A stretch of DNA of 32,000 nt, from the NCBI GenBank assembly GCA_015256915.3, contig CP076101.2, forward strand, positions 30,001 through 62,000, given 5' to 3'. The position numbers were made by a program, and so were the translations under genes. The stretch comes from Candidatus Saccharimonas sp. (GTDB taxonomy: Bacteria; Patescibacteriota; Saccharimonadia; Saccharimonadales; Saccharimonadaceae). Positions 9,238-16,430 of this stretch are shown piece by piece. Position 1 is the stretch's first letter. The number at the start of each line of letters is the position of its first letter. Under the pieces are notes generated by a model, which was given only the letters and a program-made list of their open reading frames with translations, searched no databases and had not been told where the DNA came from.

Positions 9238-9389
9238 AACATTCTCCGTATCCGCACTTATACCCGATACAATACAACCAATTCTCCATCTATATTCCTC
9301 TCAACTTTTTCACCGAAGGAGCTAATAGAATTCATTATCTATGGATATAACTAATGAATAGAACTCTCTTCAGATTTATGTTTAACTAT

Positions 9390-9398
9390 ATTATAGCA
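9390..9398 (-). promoter_or_regulatory. candidate extended -10 promoter TGcTATAAT for the NTPase gene (leader of about 150 nt)
   Basis: The minus strand reads TGCTATAAT. There is no good -35. It is the only strong -10 match between tRNA-Leu and the ATG at 9237. Confidence 0.35.
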
Positions 9399-9670
9399 TA
9401 GTTCAGGGGATTTTTTGAGACAAGAAAACCCCACATAAGGCGGACTAAGACCAGCTACTAAGGAACTGTTCATTAAAAATCTGAAACCGTGCAGTTGACA
9501 TTCCAAATATGCGAGCTAAGCCAATACTGTTCGACAAATCGAACTATATTATCACTTTATCGGCGAAATCTTAAAGGAGTAATCTTAAAAAGCTCGTTCC
9601 ATAATTTAACAGATTAGACTGCTCCGGAAGGGGTGAACCTTATATCACTTTTTCAATATCATAGCAAATT

Positions 9671-9701
9671 ACAAAATAAAAACAGCTTCTCTCGAAGTCT
9701 G
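9671..9701 (-). terminator. terminator after tRNA-Leu
   Basis: On the minus strand, stem CAGaCTTC with loop GAGA pairs with GAAGCTG (one bulged A in the 5' arm). TTTTTATTTT follows. Confidence 0.55.
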
Positions 9702-9719
9702 CTTTTAAAAAATAATTTC

Positions 9720-9804
9720 TGGTACACGAGAAAGGACTTGAACCTTCACGCCAATTGGCACTAGTTCCTAAGACTAGCGTGTCTACCAATTCCACCACTC
9801 GTGC
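9720..9804 (-). tRNA. tRNA-Leu (anticodon TAG), class II, CCA encoded
   Basis: Hand-folded cloverleaf. Acceptor GCACGAG/CTCGTGT. Anticodon stem CTAGT/ACTAG with loop CTTAGGA. Long variable arm GCCAATTGGC. T-arm GAAGG-TTCAAGT-CCTTT. 85 nt. Confidence 0.9.
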
Positions 9805-9818
9805 AAAATTACTTTACT

Positions 9819-9847
9819 ATTTTAACTGATATTTTTCGAAAAGTCAA
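9819..9847 (-). promoter_or_regulatory. promoter TTGACT-N17-TAAAAT upstream of tRNA-Leu
   Basis: Minus strand -35 is at 9842-9847 and -10 at 9819-9824. The tRNA 5' end lies 14 nt downstream of the -10. Confidence 0.5.
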
Positions 9848-9872
9848 GGATTTTTTCAGAAAATAGATTTTT

Positions 9873-9960
9873 TGGCGGAGAGAACAGGATTCGAACCTGC
9901 GAGAGCTTGCACTCAACACGCGTTCCAGGCGTGCGCCTTAAACCACTCGGCCATCTCTCC
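9873..9960 (-). tRNA. tRNA-Ser (anticodon GGA), class II, CCA encoded
   Basis: Acceptor GGAGAGA/TCTCTCC with discriminator G. Anticodon stem CACGC/GCGTG with loop CTGGAAC. Long variable arm. T-arm GCAGG-TTCGAAT-CCTGT. 88 nt. Confidence 0.9.
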
Positions 9961-9968
9961 ATAAAAAT

Positions 9969-9997
9969 ATTTTACTTTATTTTTTCGAAATTTTCAA
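9969..9997 (-). promoter_or_regulatory. promoter TTGAAA-N17-TAAAAT upstream of tRNA-Ser(GGA)
   Basis: Minus strand -35 is at 9992-9997 and -10 at 9969-9974, 8 nt before the tRNA 5' end. It is divergent from the 10022 gene promoter. Confidence 0.5.
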
Positions 9998-10005
9998 TTG
10001 AATCA

Positions 10006-10014
10006 TGATATAAT
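10006..10014 (+). promoter_or_regulatory. extended -10 promoter TGaTATAAT, 7 nt before ATG 10022 (leaderless layout)
   Basis: TG at 10006-10007 and TATAAT at 10009-10014. Confidence 0.5.
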
Positions 10015-10021
10015 TTGAAAT

Positions 10022-10450
10022 ATGGAAGTTAAAAAATATAAGCCAGAAGATATTTACCCAACACCGCAAGAAAAACCAAAAGAAAACCAAGAAAAATCGC
10101 GAGAAGCCCAAAACAATGAATTTATTCTTGAAGAATATAAAGTTATTCGAAAAGGCAAAAGCGAAAATTTTATGCCAATTCAAATTGCCGCAATATTGGG
10201 AATTTTAAGCCTATCTCCAACTTCTTCGCCAGTTCCAATCCTTAACTATGGTTTTAGCTTGCTTTCAGTTGTAGCTATTAGCTATTCACTTAAAACTGCA
10301 AATAAATTCGAAATTGAAACTGGGCGAAAATCAAAAGTTAAAATCTGGGCAGAAATTCTATTAACAATTCAAATTTGCATTTTTATAATGTACTTGATTT
10401 CTGGTATATTTTCTGCCGGAAGAATGTTGAACGGAATTAAATTATTTTAG
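10022..10450 (+). CDS. hypothetical membrane protein, 142 aa (charged N-terminus, about 3 TM helices)
   Basis: Complete ORF. Hydrophobic segments include IQIAAILGILSLSP, FSLLSVVAISY and ILLTIQICIFIMYLISGIF. Confidence 0.65.
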   Translation: MEVKKYKPEDIYPTPQEKPKENQEKSREAQNNEFILEEYKVIRKGKSENFMPIQIAAILGILSLSPTSSPVPILNYGFSLLSVVAISYSLKTANKFEIETGRKSKVKIWAEILLTIQICIFIMYLISGIFSAGRMLNGIKLF

Positions 10451-10521
10451 GATTACATTGTTTTTTAAAAATGTTTATGATAAAATTTAATTGAATTTTA
10501 ATCTAAAAGAGGTATTAATAT

Positions 10522-10785
10522 ATGAAAAAATTCACAAAACCACAAAAACTAAAAGATATTATCATCATTTCATTAGTTGTTTTTAATTTTATCGTGAGCA
10601 TTTTTGCAATCTTTTTGGGAGTTCAATTTTACATTCAAAAAGATGCCCTATCGCATTATTTGGTGCAAGACCTAAATACTGACCAAATAAATTACGAATG
10701 CCACAAAGCACCCTCAGACCAGTGTACGAAAGAATATAACCGAATGGTTGATATTAAGAGACATATCCTTTCTGAAAGATTTTAA
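10522..10785 (+). CDS. hypothetical small membrane-anchored protein, 87 aa
   Basis: AAGAGG Shine-Dalgarno lies upstream of the ATG. There is a single N-terminal TM helix (IIIISLVVFNFIVSIFAIFLGV). Confidence 0.6.
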   Translation: MKKFTKPQKLKDIIIISLVVFNFIVSIFAIFLGVQFYIQKDALSHYLVQDLNTDQINYECHKAPSDQCTKEYNRMVDIKRHILSERF

Positions 10786-10895
10786 TTTTTAAGTTATTTC
10801 TAAGCTACCAAATTATGGTGGCTTTTATTTTTTTTCAAAATTTTAAGATTTTTCTAAGCTGAATGTGTTAAAATATAAATAGAAAAGAGGTAAAT

Positions 10896-12200
10896 ATGAA
10901 AACGAAACTTGTAATCTTTGGCTTAACTGGTGATTTAGGGCGCCGCAAACTTTTGCCTGCGCTCGATTCCCTGCTTGAAAAAAATGAGATTTCACCAGAT
11001 GAACTTGAAGTTGTTGGCGTTTCTCGGCGGCAAATTCAGCCTTTCGAAATTCTTGAAAGTTCGCTCGGGCTTTCGCGCGCAGAAAATTCTAAACTTTTGC
11101 AAATTTTAAGTTTTTTCGAAATGAATTTGGCAGATGAAACAGAATACAAAAAGCTTAAAAAATACCTTCAAGATGAAAATGAAGAATCACAAATTTTACT
11201 GTATCTTTCAGTTCCGCCAGCAAGTGCTGCACAGATTTCAACATTAGCCGGAAAAGCTGGTTTAAATGGTAAAAATGTTAAAATTCTTTTCGAAAAACCT
11301 TTCGGAATTGATCTAAAATCAGCGCAAGAATTTATTTCTCGAACGGCGGAATTTTTTAGTGAAAAGCATATTTTTCGAATCGACCATTATTTAGCAAAAG
11401 AAATGGCACAAAATTTACTAATTTTGCGGCACAAAAACGCATTATTTTCGCAAATTTGGAGCGGAAAATCGATTTCGAAAGTGCAAATTATCGCCAGCGA
11501 ACAGATCGGAATCGAAGGTCGTGGCACTTTTTATGAACAAAGTGGCGCTTTGCGTGATTTTATTCAAAGTCATTTAATTCAGATTTTGGCATTATTTTTG
11601 GCGGATTTTCCAAAGAGCTGGAACGATTTGCCTGAAGCTCGCTTTAAAGCATTAGAACAGATTGAAAAATTACAAAATCCTAAAGAAAATGCAATTCGTG
11701 GTCAATATCAAACCTATCGTGGAGAAGTTGAAAATCCAAAATCTTGCGTTGAAACTTTTGCTAAAATTCGACTATTTTCGAAAGATGAAAATTGGAAAAA
11801 TGTGCCTTTCGAACTAATTTCTGGTAAAAACTTGAGTGAAAAACGCAGCGAAATTCGTATTCATTTGCGCAAAACCGAAGAAAATCAAGCCAATTTAATT
11901 CAAATTTCGCTTGATGATTCGGCGAGTGTAAAAATTGAACTTGCAACGAAAATTCCAGGTTTAAATCGTCGCACAGAAATTCGAAATTTGAGTTTTTCTT
12001 ATGATGAAAATGCTCAGCCTGCCGAAGCTTATGAAAAAGTTTTGGCTGAAGCGATTCGGAATGAAAAAGCGTTTTTTGCTGAGAGCGATGAAATTTTGCG
12101 TGCGTGGGAAATTCTTCAGCCAGCTTTGGATTTTTGGCAAAATTCGAATGAAGAAACTTTGCGATTTTATAAAAAAGGAACAGATTGGAGCGATATTTAA
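10896..12200 (+). CDS. zwf: glucose-6-phosphate 1-dehydrogenase
   Basis: N-terminal dinucleotide motif FGLTGDLGRRKLLPAL. Active-site signature RIDHYLAKE. AAGAGG Shine-Dalgarno upstream. Confidence 0.9.
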   Translation: MKTKLVIFGLTGDLGRRKLLPALDSLLEKNEISPDELEVVGVSRRQIQPFEILESSLGLSRAENSKLLQILSFFEMNLADETEYKKLKKYLQDENEESQILLYLSVPPASAAQISTLAGKAGLNGKNVKILFEKPFGIDLKSAQEFISRTAEFFSEKHIFRIDHYLAKEMAQNLLILRHKNALFSQIWSGKSISKVQIIASEQIGIEGRGTFYEQSGALRDFIQSHLIQILALFLADFPKSWNDLPEARFKALEQIEKLQNPKENAIRGQYQTYRGEVENPKSCVETFAKIRLFSKDENWKNVPFELISGKNLSEKRSEIRIHLRKTEENQANLIQISLDDSASVKIELATKIPGLNRRTEIRNLSFSYDENAQPAEAYEKVLAEAIRNEKAFFAESDEILRAWEILQPALDFWQNSNEETLRFYKKGTDWSDI

Positions 12201-12601
12201 TGCAAGAAAAATCAATTTTTACACGAATTATTGAGGGAGAAATCCCCTGCCACAAGATTTATGAAGACGAAAAAGTTTTCGCAATGCTTGACATTGAGCC
12301 GCTTTCGAACGGCCATGTTTTGGTTATTCCAAAAAAACAAGTTGATTTGCTTTGGGATTTAGAGAAAGATGATTATGATTATCTGTGGCAAATTACTAAA
12401 AAAATTGCCCAGAAAATTCAAGCTGAAATGAAGCCGATCCGTGTGGGTGTTATCGTTGAAGGTTTCGGCGTGCCACATGCGCATATTCACCTTGTTCCGC
12501 TTTATGATAAAAATGTTTTGCAGCTCCACCACGGCTACCCCGCCGAAACTGCTTCTGAAGAATTAACGAAAATTACACAAAAAATTGCTTTCGAAAAATA
12601 A
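12200..12601 (+). CDS. HIT (histidine triad) family hydrolase
   Basis: HAHIHLVP triad (HxHxHxx). The N-terminus IFTRIIEGEIPCHKIYEDE is typical of HinT-like proteins. The start overlaps the zwf stop (TAATG), with GGAG upstream. Confidence 0.85.
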   Translation: MQEKSIFTRIIEGEIPCHKIYEDEKVFAMLDIEPLSNGHVLVIPKKQVDLLWDLEKDDYDYLWQITKKIAQKIQAEMKPIRVGVIVEGFGVPHAHIHLVPLYDKNVLQLHHGYPAETASEELTKITQKIAFEK

Positions 12602-12628
12602 AAAAGCCCCACGATTTTGTGGGGTTTT
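12601..12628. terminator. bidirectional rho-independent terminator
   Basis: AAAAA, then GCCCCAC, loop GATTTT, then GTGGGGT, then TTT. It sits between convergent genes. Confidence 0.75.
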
Positions 12629-12643
12629 GAAGTGAATCTGCTT

Positions 12644-12940
12644 TTAGAGAATGATGATATTGTGTCTTTCACAAAAATCAATTGTGTCTCTAACATGAGC
12701 TTCGAAATATTTGTCGTGCTTGGAAGCGCAGTTGATTGAGTAAGGGCCTGTTTTACCCTTAATTAGGTAATTATCAATGTGGCGTTCCTCGCGATCGAGG
12801 AATGCTTTACGGTCATCTTCTGATGCATCCTTAAAGTCGAGTCCTTCGACAGGTTTTGGCTCTTTATGGTCACATGAACTGAGCATGAGCAAAACTGATC
12901 CGTCTTCTTGAGTCTCAAACTTTTTTAAAACTTTAACCAT
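12644..12940 (-). CDS. hypothetical Cys/His-containing small protein, 98 aa (possibly 151 aa if started at TTG 13099)
   Basis: ATG 12940 is preceded by AGGAGA with 6-nt spacing. The same frame stays open for 53 more codons, up to a TTG that lies next to the promoter. Confidence 0.55.
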   Translation of the reverse strand: MVKVLKKFETQEDGSVLLMLSSCDHKEPKPVEGLDFKDASEDDRKAFLDREERHIDNYLIKGKTGPYSINCASKHDKYFEAHVRDTIDFCERHNIIIL

Positions 12941-13107
12941 ACTGGTTCTCCTGCGTTTAAAGTCCGCCTGACTATAGATTTTTTCGAAACTTTCAGCTTC
13001 GAAAGCTAAGTTTAACTTTTTAAACTCAATTTTCGAAACTGAAAAATCGGCAAAACTAGTCAGATTCACACTTTTGAAATGTCCTCTCACTCCGCGCAAG
13101 TAACTTA

Positions 13108-13136
13108 ATTATATCACAAAAAAATAAAAAAGTCAA
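13108..13136 (-). promoter_or_regulatory. promoter TTGACT-N17-TGaTATAAT
   Basis: Minus strand -35 is at 13131-13136 and -10 at 13108-13113. Confidence 0.55.
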
Positions 13137-13149
13137 GAGTTATAACATA

Positions 13150-13181
13150 AAAAAGAAAAAGCCTTGCTTTTTTGCAAGGCT
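13150..13181 (-). terminator. rho-independent terminator of the 13200-13541 gene
   Basis: 8-bp stem AGCCTTGC/GCAAGGCT with a 6-nt loop. On the minus strand it is followed by TTTTCTTTTTT. Confidence 0.75.
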
Positions 13182-13199
13182 TGAATTGATAGAACTGAG

Positions 13200-13541
13200 C
13201 TATTCAAATATGCACAATGATTGGCAGCCAATAATTTGGCCTTTGTCATTTCTCACCGTTTTACCAGTGATAAATAAATCTCTAGTGGTTCGACCACTTG
13301 ATTTTGCAGCTTTCGCGGTTATAACGCTGACGATGTAAAATACGCGATCACTGGGTTCCGGCAAACCAACTGGCTCACCGAAAGTCATTTTAATGATTGG
13401 AATACCTTCAACCGTTCTAATCTCAACTTCATCTTGAGTAGCTCTCGCTTCTCCATCAGATGGAAAGGTTTTAACTACTTTTCCATCTTTATCGATAATG
13501 TTGATTTCGTGTGGAGTCAAATTATTAATAATAATTTCCAT
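13200..13541 (-). CDS. hypothetical protein, 113 aa
   Basis: Complete ORF with an AGAGAGG Shine-Dalgarno 8 nt upstream, its own promoter and its own terminator. The N-terminal NLTPHEINI motif looks familiar from small conserved proteins, but I cannot name a family. Confidence 0.7.
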   Translation of the reverse strand: MEIIINNLTPHEINIIDKDGKVVKTFPSDGEARATQDEVEIRTVEGIPIIKMTFGEPVGLPEPSDRVFYIVSVITAKAAKSSGRTTRDLFITGKTVRNDKGQIIGCQSLCIFE

Positions 13542-13584
13542 TTTATCTACCTCTCTTTTCGAGATCTTTCTTTATTTTACCAAG

Positions 13585-13645
13585 TTTTACTACTTAGCAA
13601 GAAATCTTTAAAGGATCTTTAAAAACTTATTGCTAAGTAGTAAAA
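13585..13645. repeat. 16-bp perfect inverted repeat with a 29-nt spacer containing two ATCTTTAAA direct repeats
   Basis: TTTTACTACTTAGCAA (13585-13600) pairs with TTGCTAAGTAGTAAAA (13630-13645). The spacer is GAAATCTTTAAAGGATCTTTAAAAACTTA. No U-run follows on either strand. Confidence 0.9.
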
Positions 13646-13723
13646 AGATAATAAAATGGATAACATCTTTTAGCTCAATTCTGATAATGTTCGGTTGTGT
13701 TTTTAATAATCACAACTGTTTTA

Positions 13724-13752
13724 ATTATAGCATAATTACATTGAAAAGTCAA
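13724..13752 (-). promoter_or_regulatory. consensus promoter TTGACT-N17-TGcTATAAT, giving a leader of about 175 nt for the 13541 gene
   Basis: Minus strand -35 is at 13747-13752 and -10 at 13724-13729. Confidence 0.6.
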
Positions 13753-13773
13753 GTCCGAAAAAAGTTAAAAAAA

Positions 13774-13782
13774 TGTTAAAAT
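13774..13782 (+). promoter_or_regulatory. extended -10 promoter TGtTAAAAT, 6 nt before the rlmH ATG (leaderless layout)
   Basis: TG at 13774-13775 and TAAAAT at 13777-13782. Confidence 0.45.
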
Positions 13783-13788
13783 AAGAAT

Positions 13789-14241
13789 ATGAAAATTATT
13801 GCGATTGGTAAAAAACATGAAAAATGGGTTGCAAGCGGAATTGAAATGTTCGAAAAACGATTAAAAAAACCGTTTGAAGTGGAGTGGCAAATTTTAGCGC
13901 ATTCGAATTTTGCCGAAGAAAAAGCGCGCGAAGAAGAAACCCAGCGAATTTTAGCAAAAATTAAACCGAGCGATTTTGTGATTTTACTGGATGAGCGTGG
14001 TAAAAATATTTCTAGCCCAGAGCTCGCCAAAATGCTTTCGAACGGATTTGTGAATTCGCAGAATTTTGTGATTATTATTGGTGGAGCTTTTGGTGTGTCT
14101 GAAGAACTTAGAAAGCGTGCAAATTTTGTTTGGAGCCTTTCGAAATTAGTTTTTCCGCATCAAATTGTGCGCTTAATTTTGGTTGAACAAGTTTATCGTG
14201 CGCAAGAAATTTCTTCTGGCGGAAAATATCACCATGAATAA
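13789..14241 (+). CDS. rlmH: 23S rRNA (pseudouridine1915-N3)-methyltransferase, SPOUT family
   Basis: Length of about 150 aa. IIIGGAFGVSEELRKRA...LSKLVFPHQIVRLILVEQVYRA is the RlmH C-terminal knot region. Confidence 0.85.
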   Translation: MKIIAIGKKHEKWVASGIEMFEKRLKKPFEVEWQILAHSNFAEEKAREEETQRILAKIKPSDFVILLDERGKNISSPELAKMLSNGFVNSQNFVIIIGGAFGVSEELRKRANFVWSLSKLVFPHQIVRLILVEQVYRAQEISSGGKYHHE

Positions 14242-14306
14242 ATTATTTTTTGTGGAAAAAGCTGTGGAAACTCCTTGAACATTCGAAAAAACTCGCCTGA
14301 AAGTAT

Positions 14307-14335
14307 TTGCGAAAAATGGTGAAAAAATATATAAT
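14307..14335 (+). promoter_or_regulatory. promoter TTGCGA-N17-TATAAT, 9 nt before ATG 14345
   Basis: -35 is at 14307-14312 and -10 at 14330-14335. Confidence 0.55.
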
Positions 14336-14344
14336 AGAATTACT

Positions 14345-15145
14345 ATGGCGAAAAATGAAAAAGAGATTGTTAGACTTCGAAATTTGAAAAAGCGTTTTGG
14401 TGTTGGTGATGCTGAGAATTATGCTTTAAATGGTGTGAATTTAAGTATTAAACAGGGCGAATTCATTATAATTATGGGGCCTTCTGGTTGTGGAAAGACC
14501 ACACTTTTAAATACAATTGGTCTTCTTGATCGTGCAACTGAGGGAGATTATGTTCTTGACGGGCAGAACGTTGCACGAATGTCGCGCCGCAACCAAGCTA
14601 AAATTCGAAGTGAAAAAATCGGTTTTATTTTTCAAAATTTTAATTTAATTCCCCGCCTAACTGTAATTGAAAATGTGGCTTTACCACTGGTTTATAAAGG
14701 AATTGGAAAAGTTAAACGGCTCGAAAAAGCTTCAGAAGTTTTAAAGCAATTTCATCTTGGTGAGCGCGAGTTCTATATGCCGTGGCAACTTTCTGGTGGG
14801 CAAACTCAGCGCGTAGCAATTGCGCGGGCGCTCGTGAATAAGCCTTCAATTATCCTTGCTGATGAGCCAACAGGAAATCTTGATTCGAAAAGTTCGCATA
14901 TTATTATGGAAGAGCTTGCTGAAGTTCATGAAAAAGGCAACACAATTATTATGGTAACGCATAATCCAGATTTAATGGCTTATGCAACACGAATTATTAC
15001 AATGTTCGATGGCAAAATTGATACCGATGTTAAGAAAAAACCTGCAAAAAAATCTTCGAAAAAAGATGAAAAGCTAAATACGCTCGATAAAATTGAAAAA
15101 GTTGAAGAAAAAATTGATGAAATTAAAGAAGAATTGGGAGTTTAA
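14345..15145 (+). CDS. ABC transporter ATP-binding protein (MacB/LolD-type) with a Lys/Glu-rich C-terminal tail
   Basis: Walker A GPSGCGKTT, signature LSGGQTQR, Walker B ILADEPT and an H-loop (VTHN). Confidence 0.9.
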   Translation: MAKNEKEIVRLRNLKKRFGVGDAENYALNGVNLSIKQGEFIIIMGPSGCGKTTLLNTIGLLDRATEGDYVLDGQNVARMSRRNQAKIRSEKIGFIFQNFNLIPRLTVIENVALPLVYKGIGKVKRLEKASEVLKQFHLGEREFYMPWQLSGGQTQRVAIARALVNKPSIILADEPTGNLDSKSSHIIMEELAEVHEKGNTIIMVTHNPDLMAYATRIITMFDGKIDTDVKKKPAKKSSKKDEKLNTLDKIEKVEEKIDEIKEELGV

Positions 15146-16378
15146 ATGAGCTTGCGAGTTTTAAAAACTAATATTGAAAATGCATTTGAATCGTTGCAAG
15201 CCAACCGTTTGCGAACTTTTCTTACAATGCTAGGTGTAATGATTGGAATTTCTAGTGTTGTGATAATTTTTTCACTTTCGGGCGGGGTTAGCTCAATGAT
15301 TTCGAATCAAATTATAGCCGAGGGTGAATCTTTGGCTGTGGTTCGACCAAAAGAATTGACCACAAATAATAAAAATGTTATTACAAATTTGGCAACTTCT
15401 CGAAATTTTACACAGAGTTCAATCAAAAATGAAGATTTAGGCTTAATTTCGAAAGTAAAAGATGTTTTAGCTGTAGCACCGCTTGCGAATTTTTCAGCAA
15501 AAGTTAAGGGTGATGGAGATGAAAAATATGCAAATTTGCTAGCAACCAGCCCAAACCTTGACCAAACTGTAGGTTTGAAAGTTCGTGAAGGCCAATTTAT
15601 TGCAGAAAGTGCCAATGCAAACACTGTTGTGATTGGTAATCAAATGGCGATTGATTTGTTTGGTACAACTCAGGCTTTAGGAAAAGAAATCACAATGAAA
15701 GGTGAAAAATTTATTGTGATTGGTGTTTTAGCTCATCAAAGTTCATCAATTAACTTTAGTAATGTTGATTTTAACAATACAGCGATTATTCCATATGTGA
15801 CTGCAAAACGAATTATCGGTGAAAATCTCCAGATTCAGCAAGTGAATATTCGTGTGAAAAGTATTAATAATTTAAATCAAGTTCAGCAAGAAATTGAAAA
15901 AGGAATGTTAAAAAACCACAATGGCGAAAAAGATTTCGAAGTTTTGACTGGTAAAAATATTTCGCATCCATCAGACAAATTTATTGAGCTTTCAACATTT
16001 ATTTTGGCAATTGTGGCGAGTATCTCACTAGTTGTTGGTGGAATTGGCATTATGAATATTATGCTCGTGAATGTAAGTGAGCGAACGAGAGAAATTGGTA
16101 TTCGAAAAGCGCTTGGTGCAAATAATCGGCACATTTTGTTTCAATTTTTAACAGAATCAATGATAATTTCATTAAGTGGCGGATTTTTTGGTTATCTCAT
16201 TGGTTATGCATTTTCTTTTGGAGTGAGTGTATTTCTACCGTTTAGTCCGGTTATTTCTTGGCAAATTGCTGTTTTGGTTTGCGGAATTTCGATGTTGGTT
16301 GGTGTAATCTTTGGCCTTTATCCTGCCTTCCGTGCAGCTCGAAAAGATCCGATCATTAGTTTACGCCAATATTTATAA
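15146..16378 (+). CDS. ABC transporter permease, MacB/FtsX family
   Basis: N-terminal TM helix, then a large extracytoplasmic domain, then C-terminal FtsX-type helices. ERTREIGIRKALGA is the conserved MacB/LolC loop. It abuts the ATPase stop codon. Confidence 0.85.
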   Translation: MSLRVLKTNIENAFESLQANRLRTFLTMLGVMIGISSVVIIFSLSGGVSSMISNQIIAEGESLAVVRPKELTTNNKNVITNLATSRNFTQSSIKNEDLGLISKVKDVLAVAPLANFSAKVKGDGDEKYANLLATSPNLDQTVGLKVREGQFIAESANANTVVIGNQMAIDLFGTTQALGKEITMKGEKFIVIGVLAHQSSSINFSNVDFNNTAIIPYVTAKRIIGENLQIQQVNIRVKSINNLNQVQQEIEKGMLKNHNGEKDFEVLTGKNISHPSDKFIELSTFILAIVASISLVVGGIGIMNIMLVNVSERTREIGIRKALGANNRHILFQFLTESMIISLSGGFFGYLIGYAFSFGVSVFLPFSPVISWQIAVLVCGISMLVGVIFGLYPAFRAARKDPIISLRQYL

Positions 16379-16391
16379 GAATAGACAAAAT

Positions 16392-16419
16392 AAAAAAGTC
16401 GCTTAGAAGGCGACTTTTT
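16392..16419. terminator. bidirectional rho-independent terminator
   Basis: Stem AAGTCGC/GCGACTT with a 7-nt loop. An A-run lies upstream and TTTT downstream. Confidence 0.75.
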
Positions 16420-16430
16420 AGTTTCGAAAA

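Noticed and set aside
9630-9645. GTGAACCTT resembling the TTGAACCTT of the tRNA-Leu T-arm, as a possible att remnant. I also searched 5055-5442 for a copy of the tRNA-Leu 3' end.
   Set aside because: The match is only about 8 nt, which is within chance for AT-rich DNA. No longer direct repeat of the tRNA 3' end was found at the distal islet border, and there is no integrase. The islet boundaries therefore rest on composition and position only.
9886-9896. TTCGAA copies inside tRNA T-arms (9888-9893 and 17051-17056) counted toward the iterated palindrome
   Set aside because: GTTCGAATC is the universal T-loop sequence. These two copies are explained by tRNA structure and do not bear on the genome-wide enrichment.
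9977-10183. Minus-strand 68-aa ORF overlapping the start of the 10022 gene
   Set aside because: It is a shadow frame across the divergent promoter region, with a Phe-rich low-complexity translation.
11761-12255. ORFs 11761-12255(-), 11961-12215(-) and 12001-12234(+) overlapping the zwf 3' end
   Set aside because: They lie within or antisense to zwf, which is supported by G6PD signatures. They have no independent signals.
13434-16134. Small overlapping ORFs 13434-13622(+), 13776-14030(-), 15307-15624(-) and 15883-16134(-)
   Set aside because: They are antisense or alternative frames of the 113-aa gene, rlmH and the ABC permease. They have no SD or promoter and give low-complexity translations.
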